A stretch of DNA of 64,000 bases from an uncultured Lentisphaeraceae bacterium. Its GTDB lineage: Bacteria; Verrucomicrobiota; Kiritimatiellia; RFP12; UBA1067. Shown in pieces: positions 16,167 through 26,560 of this stretch. The notes under the pieces were generated by a model. It made no database searches and was not told the origin of the DNA. It was given only the letters and a program-made list of their open reading frames with translations. The stretch lies in assembly GCA_964386865.1 (NCBI GenBank), contig CAYLUN010000004.1, positions 28,123 to 92,122 on the forward strand. Direction: 5' to 3'. The translations under genes and the position numbers were made by a program. Every line of letters starts with the position of its first letter. Position 1 is the stretch's first letter.

Positions 16167-17462
16167 ATGACACAACTTCAAGCAGCACAGAACGGACAAA
16201 TCACGGACGCGATGCGCCGTGTGGCGCAGGATGAGCACGTGAGCCCCGAGCGGGTGCGCGAGGCGGTCGCCAGCGGGCGGGCGGTGATCCCGCTCAACCC
16301 CGCGCACGCCAACGCGCGCCCGGTGGGCGTGGGGCACCTGTTCACGACCAAGGTCAACGCGAACCTCGGGCGGTCCACCACGCGCTCCGGCAAGGGCGAC
16401 GAACTCGAGAAGCTGCAGATCGCGCTGAGCGCGGGGGCGGACTTCGTGATGGATCTGAGCGTCGGCGCCGACTTGCGCTCGATCCGGCAGGGCATGATGG
16501 ACGCTTCGCCTGTGCCGCTGGGCACGGTGCCGGTCTACGAGACCATCTCGCGGCTGGAGGGCGACGTGCCGGTGATGAACCCCGACCTGCTCCTGCAGGT
16601 GATCCGGGAGCAGGCGGAGCAGGGCGTGGACTTCATGACCCTGCACGCCGGGCTGTTGCACGCGCATGTGGATTTGGCCATGCGGCGCATCATGGGCATC
16701 GTCAGCCGCGGCGGGGCGATCATGGCGGAGTGGATGAAGCGGAACAGCGCCGAAAACCCGCTCTACACGCGCTGGGACGAGGTGCTGGACATTCTGGTCA
16801 AGCACGACGTGACGGTGTCGCTGGGCGACGGGCTGCGGCCCGGGTGCCTGGCGGACGCCAGCGATGCGGCGCAGTTCAGCGAGCTGGACGTGCTGGGCGA
16901 GCTGGTGCGGCGCTGCCGCGCGCGGGGCGTGCAGGTGATGGTGGAGGGGCCCGGGCACGTGCCGTTCAACCAGATCCAGATGAACATGGAGCGGCAGCAG
17001 CAGGTCTGCGACGGCGCGCCCTTCTACGTGTTGGGGCCGGTCGTGACGGACATCGCGCCGGGCTACGACCACATCACGTCGTGCATCGGCGCGACGGCGG
17101 CGGCCACCTACGGCGCGTCGCTGCTCTGCTACGTGACGCCCGCCGAGCACCTGGGGCTGCCGGACGGCGACGAGGTGCATCAGGGCGTCATCGCGTACCG
17201 CATCGCGGCGCACGCGGGGGACGTGGCGCGGGGCTTGCCTGGCGCGCGCGACCGCGACGACGCCATGTCGCGGGCGCGGGTGGCCTTCGACTGGGAGGGC
17301 CAGTTCAGCCACGCGCTCGACCCTGCGCACGCGCGGGCCCGCTGGCTCAAGACCCGCATGTGCGAAGGCGAGCACACGGACGACCACTGCTCGATGTGCG
17401 GCAAGGAGTTCTGCGCGATGCGCACCTCCCAGCGCATCCGGGACCTGGGCGGGCCGCACTAG
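16167..17462 (+). CDS. thiC: phosphomethylpyrimidine synthase (radical SAM ThiC, short form)
   Basis: …TKVNANLG…, …VPVYE…, …MVEGPGHVP…, C-terminal CSMCG…C cluster motif. Confidence 0.95.
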   Translation: MTQLQAAQNGQITDAMRRVAQDEHVSPERVREAVASGRAVIPLNPAHANARPVGVGHLFTTKVNANLGRSTTRSGKGDELEKLQIALSAGADFVMDLSVGADLRSIRQGMMDASPVPLGTVPVYETISRLEGDVPVMNPDLLLQVIREQAEQGVDFMTLHAGLLHAHVDLAMRRIMGIVSRGGAIMAEWMKRNSAENPLYTRWDEVLDILVKHDVTVSLGDGLRPGCLADASDAAQFSELDVLGELVRRCRARGVQVMVEGPGHVPFNQIQMNMERQQQVCDGAPFYVLGPVVTDIAPGYDHITSCIGATAAATYGASLLCYVTPAEHLGLPDGDEVHQGVIAYRIAAHAGDVARGLPGARDRDDAMSRARVAFDWEGQFSHALDPAHARARWLKTRMCEGEHTDDHCSMCGKEFCAMRTSQRIRDLGGPH

Positions 17463-17609
17463 TCGTTGGCAACGAGCAAGGGGTTGGGCGTTGGCCCCAG
17501 GCTGTCCTGTTGCGCGTCGCGGCGGTGGTGTTCCCGGAGTGATCGCGCTTGCCACGCGGGCGCGGGGCGGGGTATAGTAATCGGCGTCATTCATGAGGAG
17601 GGTAAACGT

Positions 17610-17939
17610 ATGGCTGGTAATCTGTTGGAGCTGACGGGCGCAAATTTCGATGCGACGATCGCGAGCGGCGTGACGCTGGTCGACTTCTGGGCGACCTGGT
17701 GCGGACCGTGCCAGATGCAGACGCCGATTCTTGAGCAGCAGGTGATCCCCGCGGTGGCGGGGCGCGCCAAGGTGGCGAAGGTGAATGTCGACGAGGCCCG
17801 CGACCTCGCGGTGCGCTACGGGGTCAAGAGCATCCCGGCGCTCTACATCTTCAAAGATGGGCAGGTGGTGCAGCAGTTCGTCGGCCTGCAGCGCGGCGAC
17901 GCGCTGGTCAAGGCCCTCGACGCAGCGGCGGGCGCGTAA
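17610..17939 (+). CDS. trxA: thioredoxin
   Basis: VDFWATWCGPCQ active site. ATG 17610 follows GAGGAGG and lies inside ORF 17466-17939. Confidence 0.93.
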   Translation: MAGNLLELTGANFDATIASGVTLVDFWATWCGPCQMQTPILEQQVIPAVAGRAKVAKVNVDEARDLAVRYGVKSIPALYIFKDGQVVQQFVGLQRGDALVKALDAAAGA

Positions 17940-17957
17940 GTTTTTTGCGCTTACCTG

Positions 17958-17985
17958 TTGACCGTTTCACCAGATTCGGTATCAT
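17958..17985 (+). promoter_or_regulatory. promoter candidate (TTGACC-16-TATCAT) for rpsT
   Basis: The hexamers were read directly, about 50 nt upstream of rpsT. Confidence 0.45.
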
Positions 17986-18033
17986 GTTTGCCTTTCATGT
18001 ATTCGAAGGCAGAGGATTAAGGAGTTCCGGTTC

Positions 18034-18297
18034 ATGGCGAATATCAAGAGTGCAGTCAAGCGTGCGAAGCAGTCCGAAGAGAGTCGTTTGCGCAACAAGT
18101 CGGTCAAGAGCAGCATCTTGACGGCGCGCAAGAAGGTGCTCGACGCGATCACTTCGGGCAACAAGGAGGAGGCGGCCAAGCTCTTCCGCGCATACACGTC
18201 GACGCTCGACAAGGCGGCTAAAAAGGGCGTGATCGCGAAGAACAACGCCAGCCGCAAGAAGTCCCGCGTGGCGACCAGCCTGTCCAAGCTGGCGTAA
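18034..18297 (+). CDS. rpsT: 30S ribosomal protein S20
   Basis: MANIKSAVKRAKQSEE…; basic 87-aa protein with a typical S20 N-terminus. Confidence 0.93.
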   Translation: MANIKSAVKRAKQSEESRLRNKSVKSSILTARKKVLDAITSGNKEEAAKLFRAYTSTLDKAAKKGVIAKNNASRKKSRVATSLSKLA

Positions 18298-18331
18298 GGC
18301 GCCTGCGGGCCGACGCTGATTATTTTGAAAA

Positions 18332-18372
18332 CCGGTCATCGTACGTGAGTAGGGTGACCGGCTTTTGTGTTT
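18332..18372 (+). terminator. possible intrinsic terminator after rpsT
   Basis: A 7-bp stem CCGGTCA/TGACCGG with a 16-nt loop is followed by CTTTTGTGTTT. The stem is weak and the loop long. Confidence 0.4.
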
Positions 18373-18387
18373 CCGGGAGAGGCACGG

Positions 18388-19047
18388 ATGCGCGAGCTGA
18401 CGGTCACCGATCTGGGGCGTGACGCGGGCTACGCCGAGGTGCTGGCGCTGCAGGAGCGGCTCCACGCGCAGCGGGTGGCGGGCGAGATTCCCGACACGCT
18501 GCTGCTGCTCGAGCACCGGGCGGTCTACACGCTGGGCCGCTCGGCTGCGGCGGAGAACGTCCTGTTCTCCGAGGAGTCGCTGCGCCAGGCGGGCATTGAG
18601 CGGGCGGTGACCTCGCGCGGGGGCGACGTGACCTACCACGGGCCGGGGCAGCTCGTGGGCTATCCGATCGTGCACTTGGGCGAGCTGGGGCGGCGGGTCC
18701 TGGAGTACGTCGACGGGCTGGAGGAGGCGCTGATTCGGGTTGCGGCCTCGTACGGCGTGCGGGCGGGGCGCGACGCGCGCAACCGCGGCGTGTGGGTGGG
18801 CGACAGCAAGCTGGCGGCGCTGGGGATCCGCGTGGCGCACCAGGTGACCATGCACGGTTTCGCGCTCAACGTCAATACGCGGCTGGACGACTACCGCGGG
18901 ATCGTGGCGTGCGGCCTGCGCGGCGCGGGCGTCACATCGCTCGGGCGCCTGCTGGGGCGGACGCTCGACATGGGCGAGGTGAAGGCCCGCGCGGCCGAGG
19001 CGCTCCGGTCGGTATTTGGGTACGAGGGGCCTGAAACGGGAAACTAG
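18388..19047 (+). CDS. lipB: octanoyltransferase (lipoate-protein ligase B)
   Basis: …LLLLEHRAVYTLGR…, …RGGDVTYHGPGQLVGYPI…, …KLAALGIRV…. Confidence 0.92.
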   Translation: MRELTVTDLGRDAGYAEVLALQERLHAQRVAGEIPDTLLLLEHRAVYTLGRSAAAENVLFSEESLRQAGIERAVTSRGGDVTYHGPGQLVGYPIVHLGELGRRVLEYVDGLEEALIRVAASYGVRAGRDARNRGVWVGDSKLAALGIRVAHQVTMHGFALNVNTRLDDYRGIVACGLRGAGVTSLGRLLGRTLDMGEVKARAAEALRSVFGYEGPETGN

Positions 19048-19081
19048 AAACTCGAAACGGGAAGCGGGAAACGTGAAACCG
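19033..19081. repeat. tandem heptad array, 7 units (GAAACNN)
   Basis: GAAACGG GAAACTA GAAACTC GAAACGG GAAGCGG GAAACGT GAAACCG. It overlaps the last codons and the stop (19045-47) of lipB and reaches the next gene's start region. Confidence 0.9.
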
Positions 19082-19096
19082 AAGATAAACGAGGCG

Positions 19097-19600
19097 ATGA
19101 GGACGTGGCTGAGAGGCGTGCTCGAGGTCGTGGCGGCCATCGTTTTGGTGCCGCAGGTGTTCGTCTTCTGCTATTTCTTCCGCTACTTCTTTTTGAGCGG
19201 CTCCGTGCTGGTGCTGCTGAAGGCGCTGTCCGTTTACGCGCTGACGATCTCCTGGGTGTCTGCGCCCTACCTCGCGGCGCTGGCGCTTGCGGTCAAGGTG
19301 CTGATCCGCGTCAGGGTCCGGTGGTCGGCGACGTTGCTGGCCGGCGTGGTGGGGGGCTACGGATGGGTGGCGGCCTGGAACCTGCTCGTGTACGACCGCG
19401 CCTTTTCCTATGTGGGGTCGGCGCTGCCGATCCTGCTGTGCAGCCTGTGTTTCGCGGGCTACGCGGCGGCCCGCGCGCTGTATCTCGACAGCCTGCTGCC
19501 GATCAAGCCCGAGCCCCGCGCGAAGGCGGGGGCGGGAGGCGCTGAAGCGGCCGCCGACCGCGAGGCGACTGGCGCGCCGCAGGAAGGGAATGCGCCTTGA
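19097..19600 (+). CDS. hypothetical integral membrane protein
   Basis: About four hydrophobic helices, then an Ala/Gly/Glu-rich tail. The start is uncertain (ATG 19097 or GTG 19073). Confidence 0.55.
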   Translation: MRTWLRGVLEVVAAIVLVPQVFVFCYFFRYFFLSGSVLVLLKALSVYALTISWVSAPYLAALALAVKVLIRVRVRWSATLLAGVVGGYGWVAAWNLLVYDRAFSYVGSALPILLCSLCFAGYAAARALYLDSLLPIKPEPRAKAGAGGAEAAADREATGAPQEGNAP

Positions 19601-19698
19601 CGCGACCGGGCATCCGTGCTATTGCTATACGGTACGATTAAACGTGGCTTCGGCCCCGTAGGGAACGGGCGCGCGGGACACGAGGGAGACGCCAGAAC

Positions 19699-20658
19699 AT
19701 GAAAAGACGGGACTTTCTGACGGCCTCGGCGGTTGCCGGGGTGGCGACGGTGTGCGGGACGCAGCGGGCGGCCGCCCAGGAGCCGTCGGGCGGCGGGATG
19801 CCGAAGCTGGCGCCGCCGGAGAAGCCGGCGCAGCTGAACCTCTGCCTGCAGTGGGGGGCGATCCCGGGCGGCGAGATCAAGGAGAAGCTAGACTTTCTGG
19901 AGCAGAACGGGTTCGGTGCGGTCGAGATCCAGTCGGGCGACTGGCCGGTCAAGAACTGCGACGCGATGATTGAGGCGATGAAGGGGCGCAAGCTGTTTAT
20001 CGCCACCGCCTGCGGCCCGAGCGATTTTTCGTACGCTGAAGCTGACAAGCGCGAGGCGGAGGTGCAGAAGTTCCTGCCGGTGATCGAAGCGCTGGGCAAG
20101 ATGAAGTCGGTGGGCCTGATCCTCTGCCCCGCGCGCGGCAAGCTGAGCGAGCCCGGCCGGCTGAGCGCGAAGGAGCTGCGCAAGGACTTCGTCGAGAGCA
20201 CCGGCAAGCGGCTGGCGGAGCATGCGGCCAAGAACGGCACGTCGATTGTTTTGGAGCCGCTGCGCCGCAATGAGACGCCGTTCCTGCGTCAGGTGGCGGA
20301 TGGCGCGCGGATGGCGGCCGACATCGGCCCCGGCGCGACCGTGATGGGCGACTTCTGGCACATGGGGCTGGAGGAGACGAGCTTCATGGGCGCCTTCATC
20401 TGCGCGGGCAAGCTGCTTTCGCACGTCCACATCGCAGGGCTGAAGGAGCGGATCATCCCCGGCGTGCACCCGGACGCGGACAACTACGTGGACGGCTTCA
20501 AGGGCCTCAAGCTGATCGGCTACCGCGGCGCGGTCAGCTTCGAAGGCGGCTGGCCCAAGGATCCGAGCGACCCGAAGAAGGGCCTCCCGCAGGAGGAGAA
20601 GACCAAGCTGATCCTCAACATGGTCAAGCTGCTGCGCGACCAGTGGGCGCAGGCGTGA
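19699..20658 (+). CDS. TAT-signal sugar phosphate isomerase/epimerase (xylose isomerase-like TIM barrel)
   Basis: MKRRDFLTASAVAG… is a twin-arginine signal. …VLEPLRRNETPFL… and …HVHIAG… are typical AP-endonuclease-2/XI-fold motifs. Confidence 0.75.
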   Translation: MKRRDFLTASAVAGVATVCGTQRAAAQEPSGGGMPKLAPPEKPAQLNLCLQWGAIPGGEIKEKLDFLEQNGFGAVEIQSGDWPVKNCDAMIEAMKGRKLFIATACGPSDFSYAEADKREAEVQKFLPVIEALGKMKSVGLILCPARGKLSEPGRLSAKELRKDFVESTGKRLAEHAAKNGTSIVLEPLRRNETPFLRQVADGARMAADIGPGATVMGDFWHMGLEETSFMGAFICAGKLLSHVHIAGLKERIIPGVHPDADNYVDGFKGLKLIGYRGAVSFEGGWPKDPSDPKKGLPQEEKTKLILNMVKLLRDQWAQA

Positions 20659-20663
20659 TTTGC

Positions 20664-20723
20664 AGGGGCGGGCCGCAGCGCCTGCCCGTCATCGGTGTAG
20701 GGGCGGGCCGCAGCGCCTGCCCG
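20664..20723. repeat. two identical 25-nt GC-rich hairpin-forming direct repeats (35-nt period)
   Basis: AGGGGCGGGCCGCAGCGCCTGCCCG occurs at 20664-20688 and 20699-20723. Each folds as GGGCGGGC/GCCTGCCC. Confidence 0.9.
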
Positions 20724-20745
20724 CAATAAAAAGGGGAGAGAGAGA

Positions 20746-22011
20746 ATGCAGAATCGTCGTGAGTTCATCAAGGGTTCGAGCGTGTTCGCGGCCATGATGG
20801 CGGCTGCGCCGACCATCGTTGTGGGGCAGGGTGCCGCACGCGTGTTCAAGGTGGGTTTGGTCGGCTGCGGCGGGCGCGGGACGGGCGCGGCCGGGCAAAT
20901 CGTTGAGGCGGCCAAGGCCCTCGGGCACGAAGCCAAGATCGTGGCGTTCGCGGATTTCTTCGAAGACAAGGCCAAGGGCGCGGCCAAGAAGTTTGGCGGC
21001 GACGAGAAGCTGGCGTTCGGCGGGGCGAACGCGTACAAGAAGGTAATGGAGAGCGGGTGCGAGATCGTGATCTTGGCGACGCCTCCGGCCTTCCGCCCGA
21101 TCCACTTCGAAGCCGCGGTCAAGGCGGGCAAGCACGTGTTCGCCGAGAAGCCGGTGGCCGTGGACGGCGCGGGCATCCGCCAGTTCCTCGCGGCGGCGGC
21201 CGAAGCCAAGGCCAAGAAGCTGGCCGTCGTGGCCGGCACGCAGCGCCGCCACCAGGCCGGCTACCTGAAGCAGGCCAAGGCGCTCAAGGAAGGCAAGATC
21301 GGCGCCGTGCTCGGCGGCGCGGTGTATTGGAACGGCACGGTGCCGTGGACGCGCATGCGCCGTCCGGAGGACACCAACGCCTCGTACCTGTGCAACAACT
21401 GGGTGAACTGGACCGAGATGTCGGGCGACCACATCGTCGAGCAGCACGTGCACAACATCGACGTCGCCAACTGGTTCATCGGCCGCTTCCCGAAGACCGC
21501 GACGGGCTTCGGCGGCCGCGCGCGCCGCAAGACGGGCAACCAGTTCGACTTCTTCAGCATCGACTTCGACTACGACGACGGCGTGCACATCCACAGCATG
21601 TGCCGCCAGATCAGCGGGACCTCAGGCCGCGTCAGCGAGACGTTCCGCACGGCGGACGCCGAGATCTCGGGCGGCGGCAAGGTCACGAAGGGCGGCAAGG
21701 ACCTTCAGCTTGATCCCGCCGGCGAGGACGGCAACCCGTACGTCATCGAGCACAAGAACCTGCTCAAGGGCATCCTGAGCGGCGACGTGCTGAACGAGGG
21801 TGAGAACGTGGCGATGTCCACGGCCTGCGCCATCATCGGGCGCATGTCCGCCTACACGGGCCAGACCATCCGCATGTCGGATATCCTGACGAACGACAAG
21901 TCCGAGTTCTTCAGCATGAACTGCAAGCCGTCGGCGCTCGACTTCGAGGCCAGCGGCGACGTGGTTCTGCCGGCCGAGGACGTGGTGGCCATCCCCGGCA
22001 AGGACAAGTAA
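20746..22011 (+). CDS. TAT-signal Gfo/Idh/MocA-family oxidoreductase
   Basis: MQNRREFIKGSS… signal. The Rossmann motif is VGLVGCGGRGTGAA, followed by …EKPVAVD…. Confidence 0.85.
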   Translation: MQNRREFIKGSSVFAAMMAAAPTIVVGQGAARVFKVGLVGCGGRGTGAAGQIVEAAKALGHEAKIVAFADFFEDKAKGAAKKFGGDEKLAFGGANAYKKVMESGCEIVILATPPAFRPIHFEAAVKAGKHVFAEKPVAVDGAGIRQFLAAAAEAKAKKLAVVAGTQRRHQAGYLKQAKALKEGKIGAVLGGAVYWNGTVPWTRMRRPEDTNASYLCNNWVNWTEMSGDHIVEQHVHNIDVANWFIGRFPKTATGFGGRARRKTGNQFDFFSIDFDYDDGVHIHSMCRQISGTSGRVSETFRTADAEISGGGKVTKGGKDLQLDPAGEDGNPYVIEHKNLLKGILSGDVLNEGENVAMSTACAIIGRMSAYTGQTIRMSDILTNDKSEFFSMNCKPSALDFEASGDVVLPAEDVVAIPGKDK

Positions 22012-22132
22012 GTCGCACGGACGCGTGAGGCGTCGGACGGCTCGCGGGGGCGCGCGCCCGTGAACTCCCACCGGGGTTCGGGGCGCCGTCCCGGCGAGCT
22101 TTTGCATGGCCCGGCGCGCGCCGGAAGTCCGC

Positions 22133-22186
22133 TTGACTTTCCCGGGTGGATCGGATACAGTCAAACCCTCATTTTCCTGCTATAAT
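22133..22186 (+). promoter_or_regulatory. two promoter candidates upstream of rpoD
   Basis: P1 is TTGACT (22133-38), 17 nt, TACAGT (22156-61). P2 is an extended -10, TGCTATAAT (22178-86). Confidence 0.4.
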
Positions 22187-22256
22187 AGGTGAAGTCTATC
22201 AAAAAACGATGGCGACGCCTCTTTTTCGGTCGCATAAAATGGGAAAAAGGGAACCG

Positions 22257-24326
<2,070 letters not shown>

Positions 24327-24464
24327 TGCGGGCGCGGCGCCGCGTGCGAGCGGGGCGCCTCCGCGGGCCTGGTCACCAACCTGTTGCGTGACGTCAGGTT
24401 TTGCAGTGCGATCCTCCGGCAGAGTCGGGCGGACAACCCAAAGAAGTGAACCAAGGAGGTTCTT

Positions 24465-24854
24465 TTGCAGAATGTGTTCATGACATACCCCGTGCTGTGC
24501 GGCACGTCGGTGGGACTGGCGGCAGGGCTGCTGGTCGGTTACGTGGCCGGCAAGTTCGGCTGCCCCAGCGGGTACGTGGATCCCGACAGCGACGGCGACT
24601 GCATCGAGATCTACGTCGGCAACCTGAGCTACGACATGACCGAGGCGCAGATGCGCAAGGAGTTCGAAAAGTTCGGCGTGGTCAAGTCCGCCCGCATCAT
24701 CTCGAACCGGTTCAACCACAAGTCCAAGGGCTTCGGGTTCGTGGAGATGCCGAACCGCCCCGAGGCTGAGGCGGCCGTCAAGGCGCTGCACGACAAGGAC
24801 GTCCTCGGACGTAAGCTGCGCGTGAACGAAGCCAAAAACAAGTCGCGCGAGTAA
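24465..24854 (+). CDS. RRM-domain RNA-binding protein with an N-terminal hydrophobic (membrane-anchor-like) segment
   Basis: RNP motifs IYVGNLSY (RNP2) and KGFGFVEM (RNP1), preceded by TYPVLCGTSVGLAAGLLVGYVAGKFG. TTG 24465 lies 5 nt after AAGGAGG. Confidence 0.8.
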   Translation: MQNVFMTYPVLCGTSVGLAAGLLVGYVAGKFGCPSGYVDPDSDGDCIEIYVGNLSYDMTEAQMRKEFEKFGVVKSARIISNRFNHKSKGFGFVEMPNRPEAEAAVKALHDKDVLGRKLRVNEAKNKSRE

Positions 24855-24860
24855 CCCTAG

Positions 24861-24889
24861 AGCGTCCCGGCGACGGGGCGCTTCTTTTT
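24861..24889 (+). terminator. intrinsic terminator
   Basis: GCGTCCCG-GCGA-CGGGGCGC is followed by TTCTTTTTT. Confidence 0.8.
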
Positions 24890-24907
24890 TCACGAGGACG
24901 CGGCGGC

Positions 24908-26497
24908 ATGAAGACGTCCGACCAGAGCTCCGACCGCACGATGCGCATCGGCATCGAGCCCTCTGAGGCCGGCCAGCAGGCGCCGCGCGCCGCGCCCCGC
25001 CCCGGCGGCCGCACGTGGCGCACCCAGCACGAGCAGCGCGACACGCCGTTCTACAAGCTGCTGGAGAGCGTCTACGACGCCGTGCTCATCACCACGCGGG
25101 GCGGCAAGATCCTCGAGTGCAACGAGCGGGCGGCCGAGTTCTTCCTGCTGGAGCCGCGCGCGCTGGTCGGCGTGCCGATCATCAGCCTGATCTCCGGAGC
25201 CTCCGAGGCGCTGCTGGACACGATCAACAAGAACCTGGAGAACCGCAAGTACACCTTGGTCGAGGCGCGCTGCAAGCGCTCGGACAGCACCTCTTTCGCG
25301 GCTGAAATCGCGGTCAACCAGGTCAACCTCGACGCCCAGGGCCAGCTCTGCTTTTTCGTGCGCGACATCACCGTGCGGCAGCAGGCGCAGAGCGCGCTGG
25401 AGGACGCGGTGGAGCGCCTGCAGGCGCACGACCGCGCCCGCATGGAGTTCGTCTCCAACGTCTCGCATGAGCTGCGCACGCCGCTGACCTCGATGATCTA
25501 CGCGGTCAACAACATGCTGCGCGGCGTGGTTGGCCCCATGCCCGACAAGGCCCTTCACTACCTGGAGCGGCTGCAGTCCGACAGCCAGCGCCTGCTGGCC
25601 ACCGTGAACGACATTCTGGATCTGCGGCAGATCGAAAACAAGACGCTCGTGCTCACCAAGAAAGTCGTGCCGCTGGGCCCCGTGATCCGCGAGGGCGCGG
25701 AGACCCTGCAGGTTCAGGCCGACGCCAAGCGCATCGCGCTGGGCTTCGAGTTCTCCGAGCGCGAGCTGTTCTGCTGGTGCGACGTGCAGAAGATCGAGCG
25801 CGTCGTGCTCAACATCGTGGGCAACGCCGTCAAGTTCACGCCCGCCAACGGTTCGATCTTCGTGAAGCTTGAGCAGCACCCCGACAAGCCGAAGCTGGCG
25901 CTTCTGTCGGTCTGCGACACGGGCTCGGGGATACCGCCGGAGATGCTGCCGAAGGTGTCGCAGCGCTACTTCCGGGTGGGCGACCACGTGAGCGGCTCGG
26001 GGCTCGGGCTCGCCATCTCGCGCGAGATCGTCGAGCTGCACGGCGGCTCCCTGGAGTTCGCCAGCCCCGTGCCGGGCGCGGACTGCGGCACCGCCGTCTA
26101 CGTCGCGCTGCCGCTCGCGCCCAAGCCGCTGGTCGTCGCGCTTTCGCCGGACGCCGAGACTGCCGCGCTGCTGAAGGAGCGGATCGTCGCGAAGGGCTAC
26201 GGGCTGCATTTCGCGGAGAGCGCCAAGGAGGCGCTGGAGGTCTGTTTCGCCAAGCGGCCCGCCGTGTTTGTGCTGGACGGCCGCATCGCCGACATGGACG
26301 TGCGCGACGTGGTCCTGCAGCTGCGCGAGGAGAGCAAGACCAAGCGCCTGCCGGTGATCGTGCTGGGGCTGCGCAAGCTCGAGCGGGCCGAGGTCGAGCT
26401 CTACCGCCACTTCGACATCTTCTACTCGACGCTGCCGTGGCGCGAAGCCGAGTTCGCCCGGGCGCTCGCCATGGCGGCCCTGGGCAAGCTGCGGTAG
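24908..26497 (+). CDS. cytoplasmic PAS-domain sensor histidine kinase with a C-terminal degenerate receiver-like domain
   Basis: H-box FVSNVSHELRTPL, N-box NIVGNAVKFT, G-boxes DTGSGIP and GSGLGLAI. The PAS-like N-terminal part is …LESVYDAVLITTRGGKILECN…. No transmembrane segments were seen. Confidence 0.88.
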   Translation: MKTSDQSSDRTMRIGIEPSEAGQQAPRAAPRPGGRTWRTQHEQRDTPFYKLLESVYDAVLITTRGGKILECNERAAEFFLLEPRALVGVPIISLISGASEALLDTINKNLENRKYTLVEARCKRSDSTSFAAEIAVNQVNLDAQGQLCFFVRDITVRQQAQSALEDAVERLQAHDRARMEFVSNVSHELRTPLTSMIYAVNNMLRGVVGPMPDKALHYLERLQSDSQRLLATVNDILDLRQIENKTLVLTKKVVPLGPVIREGAETLQVQADAKRIALGFEFSERELFCWCDVQKIERVVLNIVGNAVKFTPANGSIFVKLEQHPDKPKLALLSVCDTGSGIPPEMLPKVSQRYFRVGDHVSGSGLGLAISREIVELHGGSLEFASPVPGADCGTAVYVALPLAPKPLVVALSPDAETAALLKERIVAKGYGLHFAESAKEALEVCFAKRPAVFVLDGRIADMDVRDVVLQLREESKTKRLPVIVLGLRKLERAEVELYRHFDIFYSTLPWREAEFARALAMAALGKLR

Positions 26498-26560
26498 CCG
26501 GGGCGGCGCGGCATCGCCACTTGAAACGGTTTCGGAAACAGGATACACTGGAATTCAATT

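Noticed and set aside
16128-17594. 488-aa ORF antisense to thiC
   Set aside because: ThiC is unambiguous on the + strand. The antisense product is Arg/His/Pro/Ala-rich shadow sequence.
24890-26558. 552-aa and 240-aa ORFs antisense to the histidine kinase
   Set aside because: The kinase H, N and G boxes are on the + strand. The antisense products are low-complexity Arg/Ala/Pro.
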